Source: Raillietiella orientalis
Lineage: Eukaryota
Direction: 5' to 3'
DNA: 64,000 bases
Assembly: GCA_036172245.1 (NCBI GenBank)
Contig: JAYWIR010000019.1
Location: 3,596,001 to 3,660,000 of the forward strand
In this document: piece by piece, positions 15,927 through 26,908 of the stretch
Layout of the letters: the number at the start of each line of letters is the position of its first letter
Position numbering within the stretch: position 1 is the first letter of the stretch
Program-made: the position numbers and the translations under genes
Notes under the pieces: generated by a model
Told to the model about the DNA's origin: nothing
The model's database searches: none
The model's input: only the letters and a program-made list of their open reading frames with translations

Positions 15927-16683
15927 CGGTCCACGCCACCCGAGGGTTCGTGTAGTAGCTTTTGAAGACAGAGAGTACCCCGGGAGGGGACCACTCTATG
16001 AACCCAGAAAGGACCCCGGAGGAAGGAGTACGTTCCTCTTAAGTTTGGGAGGGGGAACTCTGAAGGGATCCTCTACCTTATTTCTTCCCCGAAGGGAACC
16101 CGGAAAGGGATCCTCTACCTTATTTCTTCCCCGAAGGGAACCCGGAAAGGGATCCTCTACCTTATTTCTTCCCCGAAGGGAACCCGGAAAGGGATCCTCT
16201 CCTGGAATTTATTCTCCGGAGGGAACCCGCAAGGGAACCGCTCCTTGTTCCTTCTTCCTCTGAAGAGAATCCCGAAGGGACGCTTTCCAATTTCTCTAAA
16301 GGGTCACTCCCCGAAGGGAGCAGCACGCATCTGACACTGGCGAGGCAACCTTCCGAGGGGTTTATCAATCCCAGCTCCATGGCACGCGATGGTGCGGCTT
16401 CATTTTCCCAAACGGAGGAGAACCCCGAAGTGCTCCTCGATGTCCCGGAAGGACCCCAGTTGGTCACCTCCCAATCCCGGCAGGTCAACGGGGGCATCCG
16501 AAAGTTTCCAAATTCCATCGGTGGCGCCAACCGGAGTCATCTTGCGGTGGGGAGACTCGAAGCCTACGACGCACACCCCATTCCTCGACGCGGATCCCTC
16601 CTCGGGCGGGATTCGAACCCGCAGCGCTTGGTGTCACGCACGGTGGAGGCCACCGCAGCCGCACGGCCGCCAACGCGGGCAAC
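15927..16683 (-). mobile_element. tRNA-derived SINE, copy 1
   Basis: The minus-strand head GGCCGTGCGGCTGCGGTGG...GCGGGTTCGAATCCCGCC contains a B box. The element is colinear with the copies at 19.6, 40.0 and 57.3 kb and shares their 3' end GGGTGGCGTGGA. Confidence 0.8.
16065..16200. repeat. 42-bp tandem repeat x3.2 inside SINE copy 1
   Basis: Identical units gggatcctctaccttatttcttccccgaagggaacccggaaa start at 16065, 16107 and 16149, with a partial unit at 16191. Confidence 0.95.
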
Positions 16684-16739
16684 GCGACTTTTCTGAGCCT
16701 CGGAATCCACTGTTTGTCTATCCTTCCTCTCATGTCGTC

Positions 16740-17550
16740 AACTAAAAACCACGCCTTTCCCTGTCATGGAAGGCAGTTGCCACCACTTCTCCCTCCGTGG
16801 GAATGCTTCCACATTGAGGCGTGAAAAATATTCTACAGAGATGCCACAAGCGAATCCACGTCTACGCTTACTTTGGACGTTGGAAAATATCCTCTGCTGC
16901 TGCTTGCGCAAACACGAGAGACCCAGCCCTAGGATCCCGCTGTCCCACGCCGTTTTCATGCGAAGGCGACATCTGTGATTTCCGCCTCGAAACAGTACGA
17001 TCGGAAGAGAAGGATGTTCGGGAAGGTTTGCACGCCGAACAGCATCCTTGCTCTTGGTTGTTTCCATGAGACCAAAAAATAGGAGCCAGGAATTACTGAC
17101 TGATCCAAGGTGCGACCTACTAATCCATTCAAAACTCCCACCCCTGATTTGGCGAAGGACCACCAAATCAGGGGCGAAATAAATACCGAGTGTGTTTATC
17201 TGGTGCGCCAGAATCAACTGTTCTCTCATTCGAGCTTAGAGGGGAGAATTGGGAACCTCCCTGTTGGTGAGTTTCTTTCTCGAAATCAAACCGACGTCTG
17301 GACGCCGGTCTGGAAAGGCAGACAGTAGATACGTGGTGCCCGAACGCTTAAGAAAATTCTGAGACGCCTTCTCCTTTTGCGCGCTCTCCAGATGTCTCGG
17401 AAACCTTCCTGGAGGAGCCAGGGTTCGCTGAATTGAATGCTGTATTAAATGATGAAGGAAAGAACTGACTGACCATAAATCATTTCTGTGCATTCTCACG
17501 AAGAAGTGTGAAAGCAACAGCAGATTCCAGAACAGATATTTCATTCGATG
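16740..17550 (-). mobile_element. Decayed LINE RT/thumb fragment
   Basis: AFPDRRPDVGLISRKK (F...GLxIN..K) followed by INTLGIYF (KYLGIxF). Confidence 0.4.
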
Positions 17551-17600
17551 TCAGCACAAAAGATGTCGATTTTAGAACATCTTGGTGCACATTGTTTGAT

Positions 17601-17655
17601 CTCTCTGCCTCTCTCTCTCTCTCTCTCTTTCTCTCTAGAGAGAGAGAGAGAGAGA
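17601..17655. repeat. (CT)n immediately followed by (AG)n: inverted microsatellite
   Basis: The dyad centre ctct|agag is at 17636/17637. Confidence 0.9.
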
Positions 17656-18689
17656 TGCACATTAGCTGCAAACGCTCCTTCACTGCAACACTGCTTCTTC
17701 AGTTTGATGGTCTCAGATGTCTCTCAGTGGGCACTTCTTGAGCGCTCTGGAAACATAAATGCAGAAGCATGAGGTGTCTTCCTTTGAACCACCTTGTACG
17801 CCTCTACGAAGGTGGTGGAATGGGGCGTGGAGAGTCGATGGGAGTTGTAACGCTGGGAAAGGTTCGCAGCCCGATTTCATTGCGGTCCATCCCTCACGAT
17901 TTTTTTCTGCTTTTTCCTGGACAGGCTTCCGAGAGAGTTTCACGCTGATTGAAAAATTCGGAGACGACTCGTCCGTTCTGGAGCTGCTCCAGCTCGCAGT
18001 TTCTCACAGTCATCCGAACGGTTTTGCGAGATTGAAAAACGCAGCTGAGATCACGCTCGTGAAACACAACGAAACTGAAGGTTCTGGCGTCTTCAGAAGG
18101 TTCGAGTCAAGGTTTTTCAAAAGAGAATCGATTAATCTTTCTGATTTATAGCAAAAGTGACGTGGATTCAGAGATTAGGATAAAATTGCTGGCTTTTTTC
18201 TTCGCCTATTAAATGGACTCCAATTAATTATCGAAAACCCAAAGTAACAAGGGAAAATCAAATACTTGTTCATTACTGCCACAACCGTCCAAGACCAATT
18301 AGTTCACCGTCTGCAAAAGAGACTGTTTTTTCAGAGTTTGTTCATCGATTACGTCTGTACATATATATGTTTGTACCTATGTACGTATGTATATATACGT
18401 ACATGTAAGTATATGCGTATATGTATACACATGTGCATACGTAAGCATACATGCGTGTTATGTTCTTAGACACGTACTATGTCACGCCCGAGCGTTTGCT
18501 GCAAACTCGAACAAACAAAACAAGAAGAAAATTTATTTTATTTCAGAAGATCGGATCCAGCAAAAGTCCGAGGATTTCCGGATTAGCTGGAGAGAAGCCA
18601 GCTGACTTGACAGTGATGTCTGCCTCAGGGAAGGAGGGGAAGGGATACTGTGCAAAGAGATAAAAGCATGTGTTTAAATATAACCACCT

Positions 18690-19080
18690 CCGTGGAGGGG
18701 AAGGAAAGTCATCGGTCAACTATGTATTCTCCTGGGGTCCTCAGCATCCCCATTCCCGTTGTCCTCAAGGAAACTGCCACGTAGATAGTGTTGCCGCTGT
18801 GCCGCCTCCTTTCGGCTGCGCCTCGTGCCCCACGGCTATGCCGCGGAGGCAGCAGGGAGTTGAGATCGCTGCCACCCGATGGTGCTCGCGAAGAGAGGCT
18901 TCGACAGGTCCCCGGGTTGTCCACCGGTTGTGAGGGGGAAGGGGTCCGTTGCGAGAATTTTGTTTCACTCGTCGGGGGAGGGGTGGAGGGCAGTACAATC
19001 GACTAGGACTGTGCGGGAAGGATTCCGCTCCTCACTATCTGGCACAGTCCCTCTACTCCAGCTGAGCTCACGGTACTTCA
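18690..19080 (-). mobile_element. Tx1/L1-like ORF2 C-terminal (zf-RVT) fragment, same family as the 21-25 kb array
   Basis: ESFPH..LVDCTALHP and CCLRGIAVG match ESLPHLLVDCAALQP and CCLRGIVAA of the copy at 21.8-23.0 kb. Confidence 0.6.
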
Positions 19081-19564
19081 AGGGGGAAAAAAAAATAAAA
19101 AATGAAAAACAATGCAACAGGAGCATCCCGGATTGCTGGGACAAAGGGGAAGAGTTGAGTTGTTCGCGAAAGCTGCTGGGCTCTTCAGGGAGAGAGATAT
19201 TTTCTTCGCGAATGTTCTGCCTTCAGCGCACTCAGCAGAACGGCAGAAATGAATCTCGAGGAAGATTTATTATGTATGCATGTCTCTTTTTTAATTAAGG
19301 TAGATGATGAACTTTTGAACTGAGGGTACGCCCGATAGAGTGGTTTCTGCACGATTCCAAAAACAGGGGAGCATTTGTAAGCAAGGGATGAAACCACATG
19401 TGCGACAATTGAGGCTGCAGGCTGCAGAGGAAAGCTGACCGCTTTGGAGAGAGCAAGAGCAGAACTCGAGATTTTCGAACAATCCGACCTGGCATTCCAG
19501 CTCGCCTTTATCTGATACTGCAGTGACCTCGGCTTTGGATTACCATGCCAGCTCTCGAATTGAA

Positions 19565-20326
19565 TTTTATTTTTATTTATTCGAGAGGTTTTTAGCACTG
19601 TCCACGCCACCCGAAAGTGCAAGTTGTAGGGGATGCCCCGAAAGGGGACCACCCTGTGAATCTAGGAAGGCTCCGGATGCAATAGTCTGTTGCTGTTACG
19701 CTTGGAAAGGGAACCAGGAAGGAAATTCTCTCCCTGGTTGTCTCCGAAGGGAACCCTTCCTTATTTTCTCCGGAGGGACCCCCGGAAGGGACTGCTGTTC
19801 GTTTCTCCGAAGGGAACCCGGAAAGGGATCCGCTCCTGGAATTTATTCTCCAGAGGAAACACTCAAGGGAACCGCTCCTTGTTCCTTTCTCCTCTAGAGA
19901 AAACCCCGAAGGGACGCTTCCGAATTTTCCCTGAAGGGCCACTCCCCGAAAGGAGCAGCGCGCTTCTGACACTCCGGAGAGGCAATCCCCCGAGGGGTGC
20001 ATCAGCCCCAGCTCCGTGGCACGCGATGGTGCGGCTTCATTTTCCCAAACGGAGGGGAACCCCGAAGTGCTCCTCGATGTCCCGGAAGGACCCCGGACTG
20101 TCGACTCCCCATCCCGGCCAACCAACGGGGACATCCGGCTTTCATCAGTGCTACACTGGAAGCCTGTGGGCCGACGAACGCCATCCTGCAGGGAAGCAAA
20201 TTCAAAACCACGACGCACACCCCATTTCTCGACGCCTATCCTTCCTCGGGCAGGATTCGAACCCGCAGCTCTTGGTGCCGCGTGCGCGGAGACCGCCGCA
20301 GCCCCACGGCCGCCAGCGCGGGCAGC
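19565..20326 (-). mobile_element. tRNA-derived SINE, copy 2, with A-rich tail
   Basis: B box GGGTTCGAATCC on the minus strand; colinear with copy 1; ends ...GGTGGCGTGGACAGTGCTAAAAACCTCTCGAATAAATAAAAATAAAA. Confidence 0.8.
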
Positions 20327-20849
20327 TGGCGTTGGCGGCCATGGAACAAGACCGTTGGAGTGGAATTTCATCGGCAATCAAGATGGTTTGCAAGATGGCG
20401 GAGAACCAAGAATCCTCCCCGCAACCCAGAAGAGCCATCAGCCTGCGCTCTCACCATCTCGTTCCTCTCTCCCGTGCTGAGGTTACAGAATATAATCGTC
20501 AGTGGCATGGCCTGCTGCTGCGGAACAATCCCCCGGGCACCTTGAGTCAGAGGAACAGCGGAGCACAGTAGCAGTTCGCAGGTTCGCTGCTTTGTGAGAC
20601 AGAGCGGATTGAATTTTTTCGGATCCTGACGTTGGCCCTGGTCCGACGAGCTGGTGGTTGGAGGGAGTTCTTCGTCGACGATTTTCAACAGGGAGCTCGA
20701 CGGGTATTCGGGCTGGCTTTTGACTGCTCTGGAAACGGCACTTGCATGGCACTGCACTTTGGCCCGGGAGTCCACTCTGAATGCCGCATGTCGTTGTTCT
20801 GTCCGCAAGGCTGTTCGCTCTGGATCGTCATCTTATGGGAAGGGAGGGG

Positions 20850-21650
20850 GAACATCGGTGTTGCTTTGCGCTCATAGGGCCATCTACAGTTTATGCAAGA
20901 TGTACTTGAGTGTCCAAGCAGCCACCTTTCCGCAGTTGCGGACTATGTCGATCTTCTTCATCAGTCACGTCAGGATGATGGATTAGACATCCTGACTCTG
21001 GAAAAAAATAGGGCTGCATTTTCATCCGGGTTTTTCGGAGCTTTTTTTTTAGAAGGAAGCAATGCAAAAGTAGTAGGGTTATGAGCTCCACCAGCTCCGG
21101 CACAGGTAAGGCGTCGATTGGTTGTCTTGGTGCAGGGGAACACCCGGATCTCCTGCCTCCCACGAACTGCACCTCGCTTGAGGAGTCAGTTTCAGCATGG
21201 TGTAAGACCCACGGCTCGAGGGAGGTGGAGTGCGCCTGCCTCTGGAAAGGGAGGCACGCTCGACAGTCCCTGCGGGAAATTGTATGCAACCCACGCAGCC
21301 TACTGAAGGCCTCGTTCATCCCCCTTGACCTAGTGCTGCCCTCCATTAAAAACGCTAGGGGCAGCGACCTCCTGACAAGATGGCAAGTGTCTTGCCGTAT
21401 CCAAGGCCGAGAAAGACATTTGAAGCGCGTGGGCAACTCTGCAGCTACCGAGCGCTGCGACCCACAGTGCCTCGCCGAAAACACGTCTACGCTGGGGCGA
21501 GCTGCTCGCGATGCCTTAGGAGGAAGTGAAGTGTCCTTCAGCGTGTTGGGACACTGGCACCCTACCCCTGAAGTGGCAAGATGTGGCATTGCTGGTGTTG
21601 CATTGGGGAATCCCATGCCAAGAGCGCCTCCATCATTGGACATTTGGGAG
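20850..21650 (+). mobile_element. Tx1/L1-like ORF2 3' fragment A
   Basis: LLHQSRQDDGLDILTLEK (thumb P..GGL motif) and TLPLKWQDVALLVLHWGIPCQERLHHWT; truncated before the zinc finger. Confidence 0.7.
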
Positions 21651-21789
21651 TTTTCACCCGGTCACGCCGGAGCGTTTATCAAAAAAACACAGTACATCTG
21701 CGGTACTAGGCCCCGCTACGGCCAATAGTTCCTGGGACCTGCCAGAAAGCTGGTTCGCAGACCGGCTTGACTCTCCTCGGCAGCGAGGG

Positions 21790-23005
21790 AGGGGGGGTAA
21801 AACAAAAAGGAAATAAATGGAATAACAAAAAGAAACTATTTGTGGGGCCGGGTAGGGATCACAACCCGCTAGAGGAAGAGACCTTCCTTTCCAGGATGCC
21901 CTCGAGGTCCCTCGTCATAGCTCCCAGATGGGACCAGCCGATCGCGATTCGCAGGTAGCGACCAGCGTGTACGATGGGATCCCTGTCGCTGCTTCCTCTG
22001 TTGGCTGCGCTCCACGCGGCCACAATCCCTCGGAGGCAGCAAAGTGCTGCCAGGGCTGAGGCTGGTGTCAGGGCGTGTCGCTCGAAGAGGAGTCTCATAA
22101 CCTCTCTGGGGGTGCTGCCTACCGGCATTGAAAGGTTCGTAGCAAAACGTTCCCACAAGGGCTGGAGGGCAGCGCAGTCCACTAACAGATGGGGGAGGGA
22201 TTCCTTCTCCCCGCACACTGCACAGTTCTGTCCCACGTTCCCCAACGTCCAGTGGTGGCGGCGCGCGTTGCAGGGAAGGCCCCAGTGCAACAACAACAGC
22301 GCCGTTTCCTGCCACTTGAGGGGGAGGGTGGATGCGTCTCTAAATAACGGGGGCCACTCTAGATCATCCGCCGGGATGCCAAGCAGCTCGCCCCATCTCC
22401 GTATTCCATGCGGGTGAACGCTTGGAGTTGCGGCGTCTGCCAGTTCCCTCATTGTCCACCCGATTAGATCCTTCTCCTTGCCCGCTATCCGGCAGGAGAC
22501 TTGCCATCTCGGCTTCCGGCTATTTTGAAGCGCCCTTCGTAGGAAGGGCAGCTCTGTGGCCAGTGGGGTCGTCTCTGCTCAAGTGCTTCTGGCGGGACAC
22601 ACGATCATGTTCCGCAGCGTGCAGCGGGTGTAGATGCCGGTGCGCAAGCGGTTGCAGGATTCTCCACTGATGTGTTTCAACTTTGCCCACGTTCCAACTG
22701 TTTCTTCCAGCCATGCGCTGGAGTTGGCGGGGCTGCAGGCCATCCACCCGTTCTTCTTTGCCAGGGTGGCCATGCGTCCCAGGAGAAGTCCGCATCTTCT
22801 TATTTTCCGGCCGGGGCATAGAAGAAAAGACGCGAGTCCTTCAGTCCCGGACACACGTCTGGCGAGAAGGCGGGTTGGAACGCACCAAGGGGTGTTCCAC
22901 ATTTTCGCTGCGATGGCTATAGTGAGCCACCGCAGCTGTGTTTCCATTCGCTCCATCGTCAGGACGCTAAGACCTCGGTCCCGACGTGGAGCGCACAAAT
23001 CCTTT
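21790..23005 (-). mobile_element. Tx1/L1-like ORF2 3' fragment B, with 3' UTR
   Basis: LKDLCAPRRDRGLSV...LPLKWQETALLLLHWGLPCNARRHHW...CAVCGEKESLPHLLVDC (CxxC-H-C zf-RVT), then a stop and a pyrimidine-rich UTR. Confidence 0.8.
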
Positions 23006-23584
23006 AAAGGGACATCTGGGAGTGTGGATGCCAATTGCGAAAGTTGCCAAGAGGAGACATTCCCGCACTTATTAATAGACCGTTTCGGTCTCCGAACCCT
23101 TTGGGATCGATTCTCGCTGATCCTTAAAATTCCGATTGGCGACCATAAGAACATTTTCCGATGCCTCTTCAGGCGTGACTCCCTGCCGTCAGCCGAATCT
23201 CTAGCAGTGCTCTGCCGTGTGCGCGGAATCGTGGCAAGCTGGGACGCCAGAAGAGACCAAAACAGCAGGGATGTCATCCATTGGACAGGAATCTTCTTGA
23301 AGACCGCTTCCCGATGGCCCCAACTGCAACCAGAACGCAGAACTGGTCAGCATCCTGAGCAGGATACAGAGGACGTCTCCGGACAAACTGTGATCCCTTC
23401 CCCATCCCCCTTCCTCCGAAAAACTTTCCCTTCCCTCTTGTCTTTTTGTCTACTTTTGTTTGGTTTTCCTTTCGCCGTTGGAGTGGAACTCACCGGTCTG
23501 CGGACCGATTTGTGGCAAGTCCTCGGAGCGTGGTAGAATCAAGTGTTCTACCAGGATTTTGTAAACATCGCGACTTTCATTATA
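23006..23584 (+). mobile_element. Tx1/L1-like ORF2 3' fragment C, with 3' UTR
   Basis: NCESCQEETFPHLLID...LWDRF...VRGIVASW; the motif tgtgatccct is shared with B and D; a 3' stem-loop tggtagaa/ttctacca is present. Confidence 0.8.
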
Positions 23585-23590
23585 CTCTTT

Positions 23591-24395
23591 TATAATGAAT
23601 GTTCTGGCAAATCCGGGTGATAAACCACGTCCAGATAACTAAGGACCTACCGGTCGGGAATTCGGCGTACAGGCTGGGAATGACAGTCTGGGCAGCAGCA
23701 AAGAGATGTAACAAAGGAAAAAATGAGAATATAAATATCTTTGGGGGACACGGGAAGGGATCACAGCCTGCTGAAGGCCGTCCTCTGCATCCTCTTGAGG
23801 ATGCCGGCAAGTTCCTGCTGCGTGTTCCTCAGATGGGGCCATCCCGTTGTCCACCGCAAAAAACGTTGGGAGAAGTGAATGGCTTCCCTGGCGCGACCTC
23901 CTCCTCTGGCGCTGTTCCAGGCCGCCACAATCTCCCGAATGCAGCAAAGAGCTGGGGATGCGGCTGGCAGTCATGCGTCGCGCACGAAGAGGGATTTCCG
24001 TGCATCCCTGGGGCTGCCACGTTGATGTGAGAAGGGTCGTTGCTTCCAAACCTTCCCTCAACGCAGTAGGGTAACGCAGCCTACGAGCAGGTGCGGATGG
24101 ATCCACGTTTCCCACATCTGCTGCAGTTTGGGTCCGCCTCCTCTCTCGAGGTCCAGCGATGTCGGCGGGCGTTGTATGGGAGACCCCATCGGAGCAGCAG
24201 AAGCGCCTACTTCTTCCACTTGAAAAGAAAAGTGCGGTCGTTCAGGAGCTCTGGGGACCACTCGGTATCTTCACGAGGAATTTCTCAGCAGCTCACCCCA
24301 GTGCAAAAGTTATTTCGGCGGGATACTCGGGGTTGCAGCGTCTGCAAGCTGGCCCGAGGTCCACTTGGTCCAACCATCTAAATCCTTTCTCCTGG
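23591..24395 (-). mobile_element. Tx1/L1-like ORF2 3' fragment D, with 3' UTR
   Basis: QLADAATPS, ALLLLRWGLPYNARRHRW, NCSRCG..PHLLVGC and CCIREIVAAW, read across frameshifts. Confidence 0.8.
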
Positions 24396-24399
24396 AATG

Positions 24400-25510
24400 A
24401 TCTCTCAGGAGGTCAGGCCGCGTGTAAACTTCCGTGTTTCGACCCTTTGCTCCAAACCGTGGAATTCCTCGCGCGAAAGGACATGCGCCGGAGGCGGACT
24501 GCTCTCGTTGCTACTGCGCAGCCGGCACAGAAGGGAGGGATTTGGCATCCCTCTGACGCGATTTGCCTCCCTTTTGGAAGCCCATCCGTGGACCTCCTGT
24601 CGCTCTATGAACTCTGCTGCTTGGCAACAGAAGGGGGATCGTGTCCAGAGCTGCCTTCCAAGGAATACGTCCAGTGTAACTTCGTTCCCTGTGTCCCTTC
24701 CTCAGCCATCCTTTGGCAAAGGTGCTGCGCGACCCGAGGAAGTTGATCCGACACACCTCTTGCCGCCGCGCTGTCTGCCCTCAGGGCAAGCGACGACAGT
24801 TGCCTACCGGCGGAGTGGGAGTTCCCTTGCCCCATCTCAGGAGAGGCCAAAGTCCTGAGAGGCTGGACAATGAGCGAGCTGGTGGACGCCGCACTCCTCG
24901 TTCGCAAGCGAAGGGATGATGTCAGTAGTCCGAGCTGTTGAGTGTGCCCTCTCCCCCTCCTCAGACGAACTCGTGATCCCTCCCTTGTGTTTGAACACTA
25001 CCGTGCTCCCTTTAAGTTGGAAAGGGGCTGTGCTGCTGTTTCTGCACTGGAAGGACATCCCAAACTGTTGTTTCAGGTGCAGGTCGGTGGAAGCGATTTC
25101 ACAACTGCCGCCTTTGGACTGCGGTGTCCTCTATGAACTTTGGAGGCCGACTTTAGCGCTCCAGAACCAGGAGGGCAACGATGGATGGTTGCGTCCCCGC
25201 CGCCGTCACGGTCCGCCACGTCTTGGAGAGCGAAGGGCAGCGAAGGGAGGCCTCCAGCATGGCATCTGCCCACATGAGGATGGTTGGACCCACACCCGGA
25301 AGAGGAAGCCGAGGCGGAGATCGGCATATTCAGCGCCGGTTCTGGAATGGAGGAAAGGTCAAAGTCAAAGATCCTTGTCCACACCCTTCCCCTTTTATCA
25401 GTTTGGTCACTGTCTCCTCCCTCCCTTCCGTTCCGGAATTCCCAGTGTTTGAGAAGAAACCGGAAGAGCCAAAGACCCCTGCCCCTGCCCTTCGTCCTCT
25501 TCTATTTTTA
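24400..25510 (+). mobile_element. Tx1/L1-like ORF2 3' fragment E
   Basis: GLLSLLL...WTSCRSMNSAAW, GWTMSELVDAA and LPLSWKGAVLLFLHW...CFRC..VEAISQL..DC are homologous to B. Confidence 0.75.
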
Positions 25511-25629
25511 TAATCCCCATCCACCCGTTCCGGACTCCTAGAGGGACCACCCTGTGTGTCGATGGCACCCTCCCCTTGAAATTGTTTTTGTTATCTTGTT
25601 GGGGAACTTTGTGGTTCCTAATGCGTTTT

Positions 25630-26250
25630 GCTCACCTTTCGAATGAACGCCCCGGCGTGACCAGGTGGTGAGTCTCTTTCATCAGCAGTCCAAGCACGAC
25701 GTCCTTCTCCCCTGAATGAACTTTCACCTTCTCACCACGACGAGGGTAATGAGGAAGGCTCTTACTCGCGGGGTTGTACGCCAGGACAACTCCATTTCTA
25801 CTCGGAATCTCCGTTGGTAACACATTCTGCAGGCCTGCCACCCGTACGACCACTGTCATGTCGTTGGTCAGCGTCCGGCTGGTGAGCTGTCGTGCTGGGT
25901 TTCATAATCCGCACACGCTTTGCAGGTTTCGACCTGACTCCTCCCTGTGAAGTATTGGAGTCGGACACCGCACCAGAGACCTCTGTGGTAGAAAAACAGG
26001 AGGTCATCTAGTGTGCCTGGTGGTAACTCCGTCTTCGAGATTACTGCACCGAATGCTCTGCAATGGATTTGAGTTGTGAGGAAACAGTGGGCTGCATCTT
26101 CCTCGTCTTGTAACGGGTGATACCGACTCTCCAGTCCTGTGTCTCCTCCTTTTTGACCAGAATTCCCTGGTCAAGCGGGTCACTCTGCCCCTTATATTCG
26201 TCATGCACTGGAGCAGTCCGTATCTCATGACGATCTGCATGGATGCAATC
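25630..26250 (-). mobile_element. Decayed LINE RT N-terminal fragment
   Basis: VRIMKPSTTAHQPD and PGHAGAFIRK; the latter also occurs at ~21655-21685 (+). Confidence 0.35.
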
Positions 26251-26263
26251 ATAATTTGCAGTC

Positions 26264-26437
26264 CAGAATCGTGCACGTTATGCGTAATATAATCGAATAT
26301 TCTCCCTTTTCATCATTCTTCATCATCTTATGCCAGCAGAAAGACTGTCTCAGAATCGTGCACGTTATGCGTAATATAATCGAATATTCTCCCTTTTCAT
26401 CATACTTCATCATTTGATGCCAGCAGAAACACTGTCT
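26264..26437. repeat. 87-bp tandem duplication x2
   Basis: Near-identical units cagaatcgtgcacgttatgcg...actgtct start at 26264 and 26351. Confidence 0.95.
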
Positions 26438-26708
26438 AATCGTTATGGAAACAAATTGCTGTCTACAGGAATTACCTTGCATTCTTGCATTTTCTAACCT
26501 AACCCTCATTAAATCTCAGGGCTTAACATCTTTGCAGGCTCAGATTTCTAAACTGACCGATAAAACTTACAGCAGCCCAAGTGGCTGTTCAAACAGCCAC
26601 TTGGGCTGCTGGATCTCACTTTGCTCGCAGCAACGTTCTTTAATCCACAGGGTAGGATGTGTCGACGTGTGCTGTTGTTGGTCCGAAATGCGTATGGCTT
26701 GCGATGGG

Positions 26709-26908
26709 AGGGAGGCACTCTCGAGAGTCCCTGCGGGAGATCGTATGCAACCCACGCAGCCTACTGTAGGCCTCGTCCATCCCCCTTGACCTAGTGCTGC
26801 CCTCCATTAAAAACGCTAGGGGCAGCGACCTCCCGACAAGATGGCAAGTGTCTTGCCGTATCCAAGGCAGAGAAAGAAATTTGAAGCGCGTGGACAACTC
26901 TGCAGCTA
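26709..26908 (+). repeat. 200-bp direct copy of 21248-21447 (part of fragment A)
   Basis: Ungapped alignment by eye gives about 10 mismatches in 200 nt. Confidence 0.9.

Noticed and set aside
16065..16200. 42-bp palindromic repeats resembling a CRISPR array
   Set aside because: The units are contiguous with no unique spacers, they lie inside a SINE, the context is eukaryotic and there are no cas genes.
16600..16670. SINE heads as functional tRNA genes
   Set aside because: Only the T-arm/B box is well formed, the cloverleaf is incomplete, and each head is fused to the same long body.
19592..20571. Long ORFs (261 and 293 aa) over SINE copy 2
   Set aside because: This GC-rich repeat is open in several frames on both strands, shows no domain, and the frames are not preserved in other copies.
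23538..23546. ATCAAGTGT match to U2 snRNA, which would suggest U2 targeting
   Set aside because: The match is only 9 nt, lies within the element's own 3' stem-loop, and the flanks do not match U2.
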